This document shows positions 13,272 to 26,230 of a stretch of 64,000 nt of DNA, piece after piece (position 1 is the first letter of the stretch; each line of letters starts with the position of its first letter). Source of the stretch: Callorhinchus milii (taxonomy: Eukaryota); assembly GCF_018977255.1 (NCBI RefSeq), contig NW_024704742.1, positions 83,144,001 through 83,208,000 on the forward strand, given 5' to 3'. The position numbers and the translations under genes were made by a program. A model generated the notes under the pieces. The model did not search any database and was not told where the DNA came from. It saw nothing but the letters and a program-made list of their open reading frames with translations.

Positions 13272-13574
13272 TACCTCAGTGATTCAGTGGGTAAACACAC
13301 AGCCAGATCTGGTACTGATACACCAGCAAGTTATCTTGTTTTCTGTGCGGCTTAGTAGGATTCAATGTCTTCAAACTAGGGATGGGAAAGCAACTACTGT
13401 TGACCACTATGTACCTCCACCCGCTGCTGTAAATTGTGAAAAAGAATATTCAGAAGTGGAAGCTATGGAAACAATAGGTTTTTGTTGGGAAGTCAGGTCC
13501 AAATGAGACAGGTGTTAGGCAGAGTGCCTAATTCATTTGCTTATGTCTTCCACAGTTGAATAGCCTGTTGACAA
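13272..13574 (+). mobile_element. Old tRNA-type SINE 'family U', 5' part (continues at 15022-15135)
   Basis: ttcagtgggtaaa head and ccacagttgaatagcctg motif shared with 35245-35600 and 46505-46845. Confidence 0.6.
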
Positions 13575-15021
13575 CAACTTGCATTTAGATAGTGCCCTCC
13601 ACGCAGGGTAGAGTCTCAGAGCACAAGGCTGAGCCTGATTCCAAGCCGGTGGGGGTGGGGGATAGGTGACATAAGTGCAGCCAAAAAGGAAAGTTTTCAG
13701 GTGGAATTTGGAAAAGGGGAGGTAGGGGACAAGGCGGAGAGATTCAGGGAGAGTGTTCCAGAGTTTTGGGGTACAGTGGCTCAATGCGTGACCTCCAATG
13801 GTGGAGCAGAGGGCACAAGAGGTCAGCAGGAGGCCGGTGCCGGTCGAGCGGAGTCTGTTCAGAGGCGCCGGGTGGTGGATTGGGGAGTGAGGAGGTCGGA
13901 GAGGTAGGGAAGTGCCAGGGAGTGAAGGGATTTGAACATGAGTGTGAGGATCTTGAAGTCAATCCGTTCGTTGATGGGGAGCCAGTGGAGCCCTGGCCAG
14001 AACTGGTGAGATGTTTTTGTCCAGGTCAGTATGCAGGCGGCAGAGTTCTGAATGAGCTGGATCTTTTGAATAGTGGAGCTGGGAAGACCGGTGTGGAGTG
14101 CATTTGAGTAATTCAGGTGGGAGGTGACAAACGCAGGAACGAGGGTTTCAACTGCATTTGAGGTAAGGTACAGTTGGAAGCAGGCAATGTGGTGGAGATG
14201 GAGGAAGGTGGTCCTGGTCAGGGACCGGATGTGGAGAAGGAAGAAGAGCTGGGGGTCGAACCGGATGCCTAGATTGCGCTCTGATTCGGTGAATCTGTGG
14301 GAGAGGCTGGGGAGGTTTAGAAGGTCAGATCCACAGGAGTGAAGACATTGACGGAAATCAAGGAGTATGGCTTCCATCTTGTCCACATTCAGCTGCAGGA
14401 AGTTTGCACTCATCCAGGCCTTGATGTCTGCCAGACAAGCTGATAGAATATCGGCGGAGCTTGAGTTGCAGCTGGAGGAGACAAAGTAGATTTATGTGCC
14501 ATCCACATACATGTGGAAGTTTACCATGTGTTTGTGGATGACATCGCCAAGAGGGAGCATATAGATAATAACAACAACAACTTGGATTTATATAGCGCCC
14601 TCCTTGGACAAGAGCTGTCTCTGTTCTGTGGGCAGGGTGAAAATCAGACTGCAGGAGCTCGAGGAGGGAGTGGAGGGAGAGGTGTGACCAAAGTTGACCT
14701 GCAACAATGCATTCCAGGACATTGGCAAGGAAGGGTAGGTTGGAAATAATAATAATAATAATAATTCTTATATTTGATATAGCACTTTTCACATCTTCTA
14801 GACGTCTCAAAGCGCTTCACAGAATATACTGTAAAGTGAATTGATTGTATAATTTGTGGGTGAAACATGGCAGCCAATTGCGCACAGCAGTGTCCCACAG
14901 ACAGTCATGGATTGAAGTGACCAATTTATTATTGTTTTTTCTCTTGAGGGATTATTATGAGGCGTGTGGAGTTAGGAAACTTGCCAAGGTTTCGCCCTGC
15001 GGGATGGTAGTGTGAGAAACA
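13575..15021 (-). mobile_element. 5'-truncated, decayed L2 LINE (RT C-terminal half + 3'UTR) with a nested SINE
   Basis: ORF 13859-14413 reads NFLQLNVDKMEAIL...RNLGIRFDPQL...AFVTSHLNYSNAL...LHWLPINERIDFKIL (L2 RT). TETALV motif upstream; (TTG)n tail at ~13571-13580. Confidence 0.92.
14746..15000 (-). mobile_element. Young SINE, short form, 5'-truncated, nested in L2
   Basis: Reverse-strand body and (TTA)n tail; L2 sequence resumes on both sides. Confidence 0.9.
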
Positions 15022-15135
15022 GTTGACAATCACTGTTCAGGCTCACACGGGAAAAATGAACACTTTACTGAGGGCTCCCCTGGCCTCTTGAACCATACAC
15101 CAGAAAGGTACTATCTTCAGGAATAAAGAGGGAAT
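15022..15135 (+). mobile_element. Family U SINE, 3' part
   Basis: cactgttcaggctcacac...cttcagga continues the 13272-13574 fragment, as in copy 35245-35600. Confidence 0.55.
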
Positions 15136-15166
15136 AAAATAACTGTCTGTCAACACAACTGGATTC

Positions 15167-15290
15167 ATAAGAATCAAAAGATCACAATATTTATTTGGAT
15201 GAAGAAGGCCATTTGGCTTATCTAATCTTATCCTTCCAGACCACTCACCCTACCTTCCTCCCATTACAGCATCAAGCTGCTTTTTAGGGC
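15167..15290 (-). mobile_element. CR1 3' end
   Basis: Reverse complement of the 22900-23018 tail. Confidence 0.7.
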
Positions 15291-16734
15291 TTGAAAAAGG
15301 TTGGATAGACAAGGAAAGACTGCCTCTATTCAAAAGACAGAGGATTGCTTAATATCATCTCATCCTGTATTGACCTATAGATCCTCTGTCCCCCAATGTG
15401 TTCATCCTTGAAATGGTTACTGAACGTAGTGGATTATTGTATATTCATTGCACTGTTAGAAATATTGTGTTTCCATGTATTTGCAGAAACTAATTTTCCT
15501 TCCAGAAATAATATTTTTTAATATAAGGATATTTTTTAAATTATTTTTCCCAGTGTTAGGAATTTGGGCTTTCCATCAATATCCCAGGGAAACACTGGTT
15601 TTCAATAGATCATAACTGGAGGATTCTTTAAAATAAACTGAACACACAAAAACAACTAAAAATAGATTGAGTTGAATTGGTATTCTGGATAGCAACAACA
15701 GTGGTTTGCCCAACCATCTTGCCATTTTTTAATGACAAGAGCACGACCCTCTTTTGCACTGACATTTTATCGTTTTTGATTTTTATGGAGCCAAAACCAT
15801 CCCGTAATCCTAATGCATTCCTAACCTGTTCCTATGTATTCTGTTCCATGGTTATCACCGGTGATAAATAGCAGTACAGAAATTGTGGTTAAAGAGGCTT
15901 CATTTTAAGTATGTCCTTAATAACTAAGTACCACACTGACTTCAGGAGAGTGGTTTCTTCCTCAGGCTTCTCAGTCAATTTGACCACGACAGTTTCTTTT
16001 TTGTACTTATAGAGATTTATATTTCTCTGCACTAGATTTTAAAAAAAAATAATTATTGCATTTGATACGACACCTTATCACGCGTTTGAGACATTCACAG
16101 AATATACTGTAAAATATATATAAGTACATAACAACAAAAGAAAGTGTTATCGATTTAGCTAGGATGACATTCAGTGGATCTGATACTTTTTTATGTTGTT
16201 ATGTTCTTAATTTATTTGACATTCATTCAATCAATTTCTTCCTAGTTCTTTAAAACATCTAAAAGCCTTTCACTTGCCACTTAGTCTTGTACTTACCTAC
16301 CTATTTAACCTCTTGATCAGAGGCCCAGATATTATTATTCGCCTGCTTCCCAGAAATAAAAACAGAGCAAAGCAAATCTAATGGACTCACATTATCATGG
16401 AACCTCATTTATGATAAAGACTTTCCTTATTCACTTGGCATGAATCTAAATGAAATAACATATCTTATCTAATAAAATTACTATCCATTGATACTGAAGA
16501 TATAATGTTCAACTCATAAACTGGAATCAACCTAACAGATCCACTAGCTACCATCATAAAGTATATTAATCTCTGACCGATTCTCTTAGAGGTACTTTTT
16601 AAAGGCATTGATTCCCATTATACTGCTGGAAGTGGTCATTCTCAAGTTACAGCCCTTTCTGTCCAGTGTGCAGTTTTCTGTTCTCATGTAGCTGAACTTG
16701 ACAAAGGGCTCCATTTCCTTGATCTGTGTAAGTT

Positions 16735-17090
16735 AATAATAATAAAAATAATAATAATGTGATACAGTGCCTAGAACACAAAAACCTTTCAAAGCACAGA
16801 AATTCCTGTTAAAGTATAATAACTGTGTATTTTGTAGCTAACAGGTTTGCAAATGTTGCACGCAGCAATGTTTCACAAACATCCATTAACTGAATGAACA
16901 ACATATGTGGACCATTGTTGGCCAGAGCACCTGGAGAAACTCTTTCAAATGGTGTCACAGGATCTTTAATATCCACCTGAACAAGGAGACAAGATCTCAG
17001 TTTTACTTGAATGATACATCTCCAACAATGCAGTGCTCTTCCAAATCTGCACTAGAATGTCATCTTGGATTATGACAGTTTCTACATGCA
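16735..17090 (-). mobile_element. Deu-SINE, diverged
   Basis: Tail plus tttcaaatggtgtcacaggatctttaatatccacctgaac core. Confidence 0.7.
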
Positions 17091-17429
17091 TATGGGAATT
17101 TCTGGCAAATGATTGTTGGTGATTGAGACCCGTGATAATTTGCACTGAGACGAGAACGTGTGCCAAAGGTTCAGGGGATGAAGTGCAGGATGAAAAACAA
17201 ATAGAATACTTGATAAAAATCAAAGGCCCGAGATTTCTCTTGGCTCCTGATGTTAGCCTTAAGACCACTGCTTCAAAATTCAAGATCATGTAGAAATTTG
17301 GAAAATTCTTACATTCAGGCTTAACTATGGAAACCCCTCCCCCCCATCATCCATGCCTTTTTAAGTACTATTGCGGTAAAGGAAGGTTCCTGGCATCTGT
17401 CAGGAGATCAACCAATCTTCAATCATAAT

Positions 17430-17730
17430 TTTTCCACCTGAGTTCCACATTGCCCGCCTCTGTCCGTACCTCATAACTGACACAGCTGAAACCCTCGTCC
17501 ATGCCTTCATCCCTTCCTGGCTGGACTATTCCAATGCCCTCCTCGCTGGTCTCCCCAGCTCCACCATACACAAATTCCAATTAATTAAAAACTCCGTCGC
17601 CTGGATACTTACCCGCACAAAACTCCATACCGCCATCACACCAGGCTCCACTTTACAGTATATCTTGTGAAGCGCTTTGAGGCGTCTCAAATGCAAGGAT
17701 TATTATTGTTATTATTATTATTGTTGTTGC
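17430..17730 (+). mobile_element. L2 RT fragment joined to a SINE tail
   Basis: Encodes AETLVHAFIPSWLDYSNALLAGLPSSTIHKFQLIKNS, then ctttacagtata...tgcaaggattatt. Confidence 0.85.
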
Positions 17731-18807
17731 TATGATGCAGAAACTGTAACGTGCTTACAAGTGCACTGTTGAAATAATTGCTAACCAAAACGTATGCTGC
17801 AAAATTAGAGTCAGTCGTCAATGCCCTGTTTTCCAACACCACTATAACAGACATAACGGGTGGCATCTTACTGTGTCTTCGATTTTGACAGTTCTACAGC
17901 ACCTGTTGTGCAGTGAAATGTCAGAGCAGACAAGGTTTTGCCATGAAACTTCCACTCTATTTATCCCTTCTAACTCTTCCTGAAAAACATGCAGCTTGCC
18001 TGCACTTGTTTTGCATTCTAAAGTTATTCCCCAGTTGACCTCATACACATTTCTTCCCTCGTTGTATTAAATTACACTCATTTAATTTTGCTGCTCCTAG
18101 CTTTTATGCCCATTGGAGTATTAAATCTAATGATATTATTATCACTTACAGCTAAATATTCTCCCACCTCCAGTTTGCTAACTGCAGTATCTCAGAATCA
18201 CTGCTGAGCACCAGATATGATATAACATCCTGCTGATTCCCTGACAAACATTCCATTTTGAGAAGCCATTAATGTCCTTTCCTTTGTGTATTCAAGCCCC
18301 ATGTAGGATAGACAACATGTAATCTCAATTTCTGTTCCAAGTTAGGTTCAAGATCATGTCATGTGGCAAAAATCAACACAACATTTCCATCACTTCTCAC
18401 GCCAAGTACATTTGAAAGCTGCTGTAATTTTTGTAAGCAGGAGGTTTCCCAATTACCTTTATGGCTTCAAGTGCATCCCTGTCTGAAGCAAGGCTGAACA
18501 TCAGACACACAAACACACACACACACACACAGACAGTATATTAAAATTCACCCCTGGCAACTGGAGTGAATTCTTTTAGACCTCTCTATCCTACGTCTAA
18601 TGTTCAATACCAAGCTGTTACTTTCTATAATGCTTAGGTTACCATAGTCACTAAAAGACAAATATCAACAACACAATCACTTTACAGGGGCCATTACCCT
18701 CTCCATGATCATGAAGACAATTTTGGATGGTGTGTTTGGGATAATATTCCCAATTTACCACCCAAGCACTAATGCATGATGTATTCTTTCTTACATTAGA
18801 TTCAATC

Positions 18808-19075
18808 AGAGAATCCGAGAATCGTAGAATATTAAGGCACAGAAGGCCATTCTCCTTTTCCTGCCTGTGGCCAAACTTTTAAAATATAAACAGCTGTGAA
18901 TTTAATCCCACTCCCCTATCCCAACCCCCTCCTCCCCGCATACATCTATGCGTTTTCTTTTCAAATATTTGTCTCATTCCCTTTGACAATCTATTATGGA
19001 TTCTGCCTCATAATCCTTTATGGCAGAGAATTTAAAATCCGAATAAATGTCCATGTATAAATCCTCCCTCTGTGC
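18808..19075 (-). mobile_element. CR1 3' end, diverged
   Basis: agaatc-type tail repeats, gaaggccattc and aatcccactcccc on the reverse strand. Confidence 0.65.
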
Positions 19076-19133
19076 TTTATTCTAGTAATGAATGCCAAAG
19101 TTTATACCTGTATATAAATACAGGTATATACAT

Positions 19134-19495
19134 GGAGTCCTGTATCTTAGTAGTTAGAGCTCTCGCCTTGCAAGCGAGAGACCTGGGTTCAATTCCCAAG
19201 CGGGGCAAAATGTTGGGCAAGTTTCCTTACTCCACACGCTTGTGTTCACGTAGCAATAAGTAGGAGCCCGGGTGTTAGTTGATTGGAGGATTGCTTTTCC
19301 GGGGGTAATAATTCCTTAAAAAAAATTGGTCATTCAATCCACAACTGTTTGTGGGACACTGCTGTGCACAATTGGCTGTCATGTTTCTCCCAAACAATAT
19401 ACAGTCGATTCACTTTACAGGATATTCTGTGAAACGCTTTGAGGCATCTCGAAGACATGAAAAGGCGCTATATCAAATGCAAGGATTATTATTAT
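19134..19495 (+). mobile_element. Young SINE, long form, full length
   Basis: ggagtcctgta...gggttcaattccc...ggattattattat. Confidence 0.92.
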
Positions 19496-19717
19496 GCCCT
19501 TTAGTTTCCTGATTGACTGAATGATTGCGCATGCTAAACAGCTTACTGACAGCAAATCAAGCACTTTAGAAAACAAGTTAGATATGATGTTTGCTGAACC
19601 TATTAGGAGAATCAGTGCTCATATGTTCATGAAATGTTCGACAATACATCAGTTTGTGAGAAGCTTCACATTTTATTGAAAGATTTATTTTTGGTTCTAC
19701 ATTAAGTAGATTAACTA

Positions 19718-20232
19718 GGACTCGAACAACGCAAGTGCAGTCCCACTAAGGTAGATGAGGGAGGAGAGGCAGTGGAGGAGAATGGTGTGGTCGACTGTCC
19801 AACGTGGCAGAGAGATCCAGAAGGACGAGGAGACAGAGGGAGCCCTGGTCAGAGATAGAGAGGACATTGTTTGTGACTTTGACAAGTGCTGTCTCTGTGC
19901 TGTGGGCAGGGTAAAAGCCAGACTGCAGGGGCGCGAGGAGGGAGTGGAGGGAGAGGTGTGACCGAAGTTGATCTGTAACAATGCGTTCCAGGACTTTGGC
20001 AAGGAAGGGTAGGTTGGAGATGCGATTGTAGTGTGAGAGATTAGAGGGATCGAGCGTGGTTTTTTTGAGTAGGGGTGTGATGACATGGTTTTCAGGGGGA
20101 GTGGAACAGAGCCTGAGGAGAGAGACTGGTTGACCAGTTTGGCCAGCAGGGTGGAGAGGAGGGGGAGTTGAGTGAATAGCAGCTGGGAATGGGAGGGGAA
20201 GGTGGGGGGTGAAGTCGAGGCAGCAGGTGGTG
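19718..20232 (-). mobile_element. L2 RT N-terminal fragment
   Basis: Reverse strand encodes [12 protein letters not shown]...[24 protein letters not shown]...TVDHTILL. Confidence 0.88.
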
Positions 20233-20704
20233 AACTTTGTGTGATGAATTTGTCAGTTCACTTGATGCTTTATGACATGGGGTGGGGAAGGGGGCTGGGA
20301 AGAAAGGGAAAATATAATTTCAGGACAGATAAATAATCCTTGCATTGAATACTGTGTCTTATGTCAAAAACCTCAAAGTGCTTCCCATTATATTTTGCAA
20401 AGGTCTGCGGACTGGTGGGGCTCAGTTTTAACACTAAATGAATAATGCAGCACAGGACAATAAAACACAACCCCAATCCCTTCAAAGATCATATACTGTC
20501 TATTAACTCTGTTTCGTTAACTTAATCTCTTGAGGGAATGCTCTCTGCAATTTCTCCCTAACTTTCCAAAAGTCATAAAGCAAACTTCCAGAAAATCGTG
20601 ATATCATTACATCTCTGTTATTCAACCCTGATGACCCTTTTGATAGACGATTTGTTCTGGTGCCAGTATCATAGAAACCTTTGTGTTGTATGAGCTATGT
20701 GTCT

Positions 20705-20870
20705 TTAGTGACAATCCTTGACTTTGATATGGACCTAATTCTCCAAGGGGGAAGCTGAACGAGATCTAGGGGTGTTGACCCATCTCTCACTACGTCAAAA
20801 CAATGTGAGGCTGCAACAAACAAGGCAAACGGGATGCTAGGCTCTGTTGCTAAATCTGTTGAGTTTAGTT
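20705..20870 (+). mobile_element. CR1 RT fragment
   Basis: ERDLGV...KQCEAATNKANGMLGSVAKSVEF. Confidence 0.8.
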
Positions 20871-21187
20871 TGGAGAGATTTGACAATTTTTTGCAGGCAA
20901 TTGAGGGTGGTTGATTGGTGCTATTGAGGTACATTTCACAGCAAACCTACATTTGTTTCACTTTATTGATTACAGCTAAACATGAGGAAATAACACATAT
21001 CAGATTGTTGCAAAAAGATTAATTTCTTCTTTAACAAAAACTGGGTGGCCCATTGGGGGGTGAGTGGCTGACACCAGCACAGGCCCGAATGGCCTGGAGA
21101 TCTACCAAAAAACAGATACTCAGGATCATGTCCTGTCTGTGTGGCTGCAGGAGCTGATCACCTCCTGACTCTCAGGGCCCAGCAGCG

Positions 21188-22339
21188 CACACAGAGACAG
21201 GGAGCCAGAGGGAGAGACACACAGATGCTCAGAGACACAGAAACAGACACACACACTTACAGACACAGAGACGCACACACACATTCACAGACACAGAGAA
21301 ACACACACACACAGACATAGAGAGAGAGACACATACACACTCACAGACACAGAGAGACACACATACACTCAGACACAGAGAGACACACACACTTATAGAC
21401 ACACACTCATATACAGAGAGAGAGAGACACAGAGAGACACACACACACTTACAGACACACACTCATATACACAGAGAGAGACACACAATCACAGACACAG
21501 AGAGACACACACACACTTACAGACACTGAGTGACACACACATTCATAGACACACACACACACACACAGACACAGAGAGAGACACACACTCACAGACACAG
21601 AGAAACTCACACTCACAGTCACAGAGAGACACACACACTCACAGAGAGACACACAGACTCTCACACACATAAACAGACACACAGAGAGAGATACAGACTC
21701 ACGTACACAGAGAGAGATACACACAATCACAGACACTGAGTGACACACACACTCACAGACACAGAGAGACACACAGACACAGAGAGACACACCGACACAG
21801 AGAGATAGAGAGACACACAGACTTACAGACACAGAGAGACACACACACACTCACAGACACAGAGAGACACACATATGCTCACAGACAAAGACACACACAC
21901 ACTCAGAGAGAGACACACACCGACAGACACACAGTGAGACACATACACTCAGAGACACAAAGAGAAACACAGAGACACACACACACACACTCACAGACAC
22001 AGAGAGACATATGCACTAACAGACACAGAGGGATACTCAGAAACACCACACACATATAGAAGTGACACACGCAGACACATACATACAAAAGAGAGAAAGA
22101 TGCGGACACTCACACAGACACTTATAAACATATACAGAGGAGACACACTCACAAAGAAACTCTCACAAACACATAGAGAGAGAGACACATACTCACACAG
22201 ACACTCACAAACACAGAGAGAGAGAGAGACACTCACACAGACACTCACAAACACAAAGAGACATACTCACACAGACATTCACAAACAGAGAGAGAGAGAG
22301 AGAGAGAAGACATACTCAGACACACACACACATACAGAC
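21188..22339. repeat. ~1.15-kb compound (CA)n/(GA)n low-complexity array
   Basis: Degenerate units such as cactcacagacacagagagacaca. Confidence 0.97.
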
Positions 22340-22555
22340 AATGACAACAGTGGGGCCTCTGAGTGGGACCAAAGCTCATTTGCCACTTGGCCCATACTGC
22401 ACTTGTGCGTCCAGAGCCGCTCCACCCACACGTGTGTTGGATAAACAATGCGAGAGGCTGAGTCCCATAAACTTTATTTTTAGCAGGTTTGTAGCGGAGG
22501 GTTTGTTCATGGCAGATTCGGCAGAAAAATTGGGGTGGCACTTTTCTAATGTCCC

Positions 22556-23018
22556 AGGCTATGAGCAACAATTAGACAAGCTAAAGAGCTAGGGCTCTTC
22601 AGTCTGAGAGAAGATGAATCAGAGTTGGATTTTATAGAGGTGACATTTTTTAAAATGGCGATTGAAAAAGTAAACCCAGGTCCTTACTTTAGAATATATC
22701 AAGATAGAAGAAGGGAGATGAGTCTAGAGTTCTAAAGAGTCATTTCAAGACAGACACCAGGAAGTTATTCTTTATTCAGAGGGTAATCATCAACTAGAGC
22801 AAGTTGCCATTAAACAACAACAATAACTTGCATTTACATAGCGCTGTTCACACTGGGTAGTGTCCCGCAGTAAAGGTAGTAGAGGCCAGGATCCTGGATT
22901 TGCTTATAAAGCAGCTTGATGCTGTGATGGGGGAATGGTAGGGTGGGTGTTCTGGAGGGATGAGATTAGATGGGTGAAAGGGCCTCCTTCATCTAGACCA
23001 ATCTTGTGATCTTGTGAC
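22556..23018 (+). mobile_element. CR1 RT C-terminus and 3'UTR, with a short L2-tail insert (~22812-22870)
   Basis: GYEQQLDKL..LGLFSL; ends in atcttgtgatcttgtga 8-mer tail. Confidence 0.8.
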
Positions 23019-23991
23019 CTATAATGTTGAAATGTCTCGAGCACCTCGCAGGTGTTTCCATCTTGTGTAGTGACTGTTTTTGTAGCCAAATGCAGCAGTG
23101 ACTTGTTGTAGTAATACTCACAAATGAGGGGGAGGAGGAGGTGCGACAGTGGTTGTATTTCTCCTGTATGTTGTGTGAACCAAATTAAATTTTTTCACCC
23201 AATTCCTCGCCAGGGCACAACTATACAAAGCAGGAAGGTGGGGGAAGGGGAAACTAAAACGTAATTCAAATGCCAGAGGCAGGAAAGCTTTAATTCTACT
23301 GAACACTGGTAATATATTTTTTCTTAGAGCATTCATCATGACATCAGTGAGGAGCACAAAAGTAAATATGCTTTTCAAAAAAGAATTTATCGAAAACTCA
23401 CACAAATTAAAAATATTAAAATGTCATTATTTTTTACCCTGAAGATTGAGATTAAAATTCTGTTTTTATACGGGTGAAGGAGATTCAATTTTTTCTTTAC
23501 TCTCTCCCTTCCTTTGGGCACAAATTTCACTCACTGATATGTTTCATTACTGTATTATCTGTGAACATCATTCATGCAAAGTAATTAATTAGTGAAGGTC
23601 CCTTGCAACTTTCAGAATATGCCCCAGCAATTGTCACACGCTTTTGGCAATACATTTTTAACATGTTGGAGAGAATCTGATTATGTTAACTTCGAAGAAA
23701 TCGGTTGCTGAAAACACTTGGGATAAAGGTGGAAAATGCACTTTGTGATGTGATAAATGTCATCAGTGGTACATATTACATCCCACCATTTTTACTCCCA
23801 AATAATTGGAATCATTACATCTCTGAGTGCATAAGTTGAGGTGCTTTTACTGGCACTGTGGATTCTAATAATGAATGCTTACCTATTGAAGCAATAGCAG
23901 GAGTTCTTAGGCAAGAACTGAGGTCCTCGGCTGTCTCAGAGAGGAAGATGGAAATGAGAGAAATATGTTTAAGGCTATAAAGTGGATCTAG

Positions 23992-24515
23992 ACAACAACT
24001 TGCATTTATATAGTGCTCTTCACGCTGGGCGGTATCGCAGAGCACTTAACAGTGGTGGAGCCCGATGCCGAGCCGGGGGAGAGTGACCATAGGCACGGCA
24101 CGGTTAAAGAGGCAGGTCTTCAAGTGCAACTTGAAAATGGGGAGAGAGAGAATTCCACAGCTTTGGGGAGTAGTGTCTGAAAGCCTGGCCGCTGATGGTG
24201 GGGGCAAAGGGTCTGGGGGACAAGGAGGAGGCAGGAGCCGGTCGAGTGAAGGTAGCGGTTAGTAGTGTAGGGAGAGAGCAGGTTGTAGAGATAGGGGGGA
24301 GGCCAGGGCATGAAGGGATTTAAATACAAGAGTAAGGATCTTTAAATGAATCTACTCTGTGACAGGGAGTTTGACAAGGAATGGGGTAATGGAGGTACGG
24401 AGTTTAGTGCGGTGAGAATGCCAGCAGTGGAGTTTTGAATTAGTTGAATTTGTGAATAGTGGAGCAGGGGAGTCCAGCGAGGAGGGCGTTTAAGACAGTT
24501 AATTCTGAGATGTGC
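23992..24515 (-). mobile_element. L2 3' fragment
   Basis: acaacaacttgcatttatatag tail; reverse strand FKDPYSCI/PPYLYNLL-like L2 C-terminus. Confidence 0.8.
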
Positions 24516-25954
24516 ATTAACGTTGCTGTGTATTATCTGCTCAGAACTATAGGCTATTTTATTTTCATTTTCAGGGAACTTATCACCAAACTACATTTTC
24601 AGTTTAGAATGGAAAACATAATAATAATCCTTGCATTTGTTACAGCAACTTTCACATTGGATGTCTCAAAGCGCTTCACGGGTTTTACTGTAAAATGTAG
24701 CAACTGTATTTTGTAGGTGAATAACAATAAATAAAATAGCAATATTTGATTGAGCACCTTGAGTTCAAAAACTCAAAGCGCTTTAGAATATTAACTGCAA
24801 AGCGTAGTGACTGTATTTGTAGACAACCAAAGAAAATATGAAAATATTTTATGCTAAACATGAATAAACCGTAATTCTGAAAGAGAGGTAGGAATGAATC
24901 CTTTGTAATTATTTATGTGGCAGTTTTTTTCTACTTTTGTCAACTTCTGGTTCAACATGACCCAAACGCATCATTAGAGAAGGTTAATTTTGGATTTATC
25001 AATTTCTTCGCCACAGTGCAAACCAGACCCCTTGATACTCACGTCCCAACAGGTGCCGGGCAAGTGTTGCCACAGGAAAAATGTGTTGTGAAGAGAGGAC
25101 TGAAGGGAAAAGTACGGTTTATTTAACAAGTGAGGTCTGGCAGAGTTATAAATACAGAATCACCTCCGCCCTCGTCACTTATCCTTCGCTTTCCAGCCTG
25201 TTCATCCATGCTACCCGGCTGCAGGGAAACTGAAATTCAGCTTGTACTAATTACAGTAAATGCCACTCACTGGACACATTGTTAATGAAAACGTCTGTTT
25301 GAATTGAACATTTGTTTAGGCATAGATTCATTCCCTATACATTCCAATGGGAACATCACTGTTCACAGGAGCAGTTTCGACTGCTTTCTTGGCATGATTA
25401 AGTAGGGATGCAAATGTTCCATTAGATTAACACAGTGTACAAAAAGAGGCAGAGATTTATTTATCTGAGTGTAATTAACAAAACACCTGACTCTGTGAGT
25501 GCTGATTCTGATGAACTACAGCTATGAACAGTCTCAGATAATGGTTTGCATTTTAAGACCTGAGCAGCTTAAACAAACTGGTTTTGCACATTCAGATCAC
25601 CTGCTGCAAACCTGCTGTCACTAGAGACTTTGTATTTGATATCAGGTTGAAATGTCTCAAATCGACTGTATATTTTATAGGCAAACCACAGTCTACTTGC
25701 ACACAACAATGTCCCACAAACAGCCATGAAGTGAGTGACCAATTTTATTTAGGGGATTCTGGCCAGGACACTGGGAAAAATTCCCTTCTCTTTTTGAAGA
25801 GTGCCACAGAATCTTCAGGCAGTCTTCACATTTTCAGGTAGTCATTAATTCGTGCAATGATCCAGACTATTCTGAATAGCAGAAAAGGATGTCTTATGTC
25901 TTATATCTTTATTCCAACCACTTTTATCCCTTATTTTCCTAAAGGTGTTTTGCC

Positions 25955-26230
25955 TCTTTTTTTCTTCTACTGGACACCTCCAGTACATCGCCAAAGTGTC
26001 CATTATTCATGTATGAGCCTTGTCAGTGCATCAAGCTATTTGGTTGTGGGAGGCATCAATCCGAACCCAAGCCTGCCCTCACTCAGCATCCATACATGCT
26101 CTTGTATCAGCAGGAAGTCTCTGGGTAGCAGATCAAAGGTGATGTCCTGACTGATTTTGCCCTATTCCAGAGACGCTAAGACCAATAGTAACAGCAAGTT
26201 AGGCTTTCCAGCTTGGGTTTAACACTGCAG
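25955..26230 (-). mobile_element. Family U SINE, diverged
   Basis: ttcatgtatgagcc...gctatttggttgtgggaggcatc is the reverse complement of the family U core. Confidence 0.55.

Noticed and set aside
13859..14413. Functional or domesticated reverse transcriptase gene (also 53185-54032)
   Set aside because: Truncated and frameshifted, with the catalytic YADD motif degraded (YVDG; HADD with no upstream domains).
17110..17370. Weak similarity to 28240-28450 (aagatcatgtag...ttggaaaa)
   Set aside because: Possibly another old repeat, but too short and diverged to define by eye.
21229..22571. Cys/Val/Ser- and His/Thr/Arg-rich ORFs
   Set aside because: Translations of the CA/GA microsatellite.
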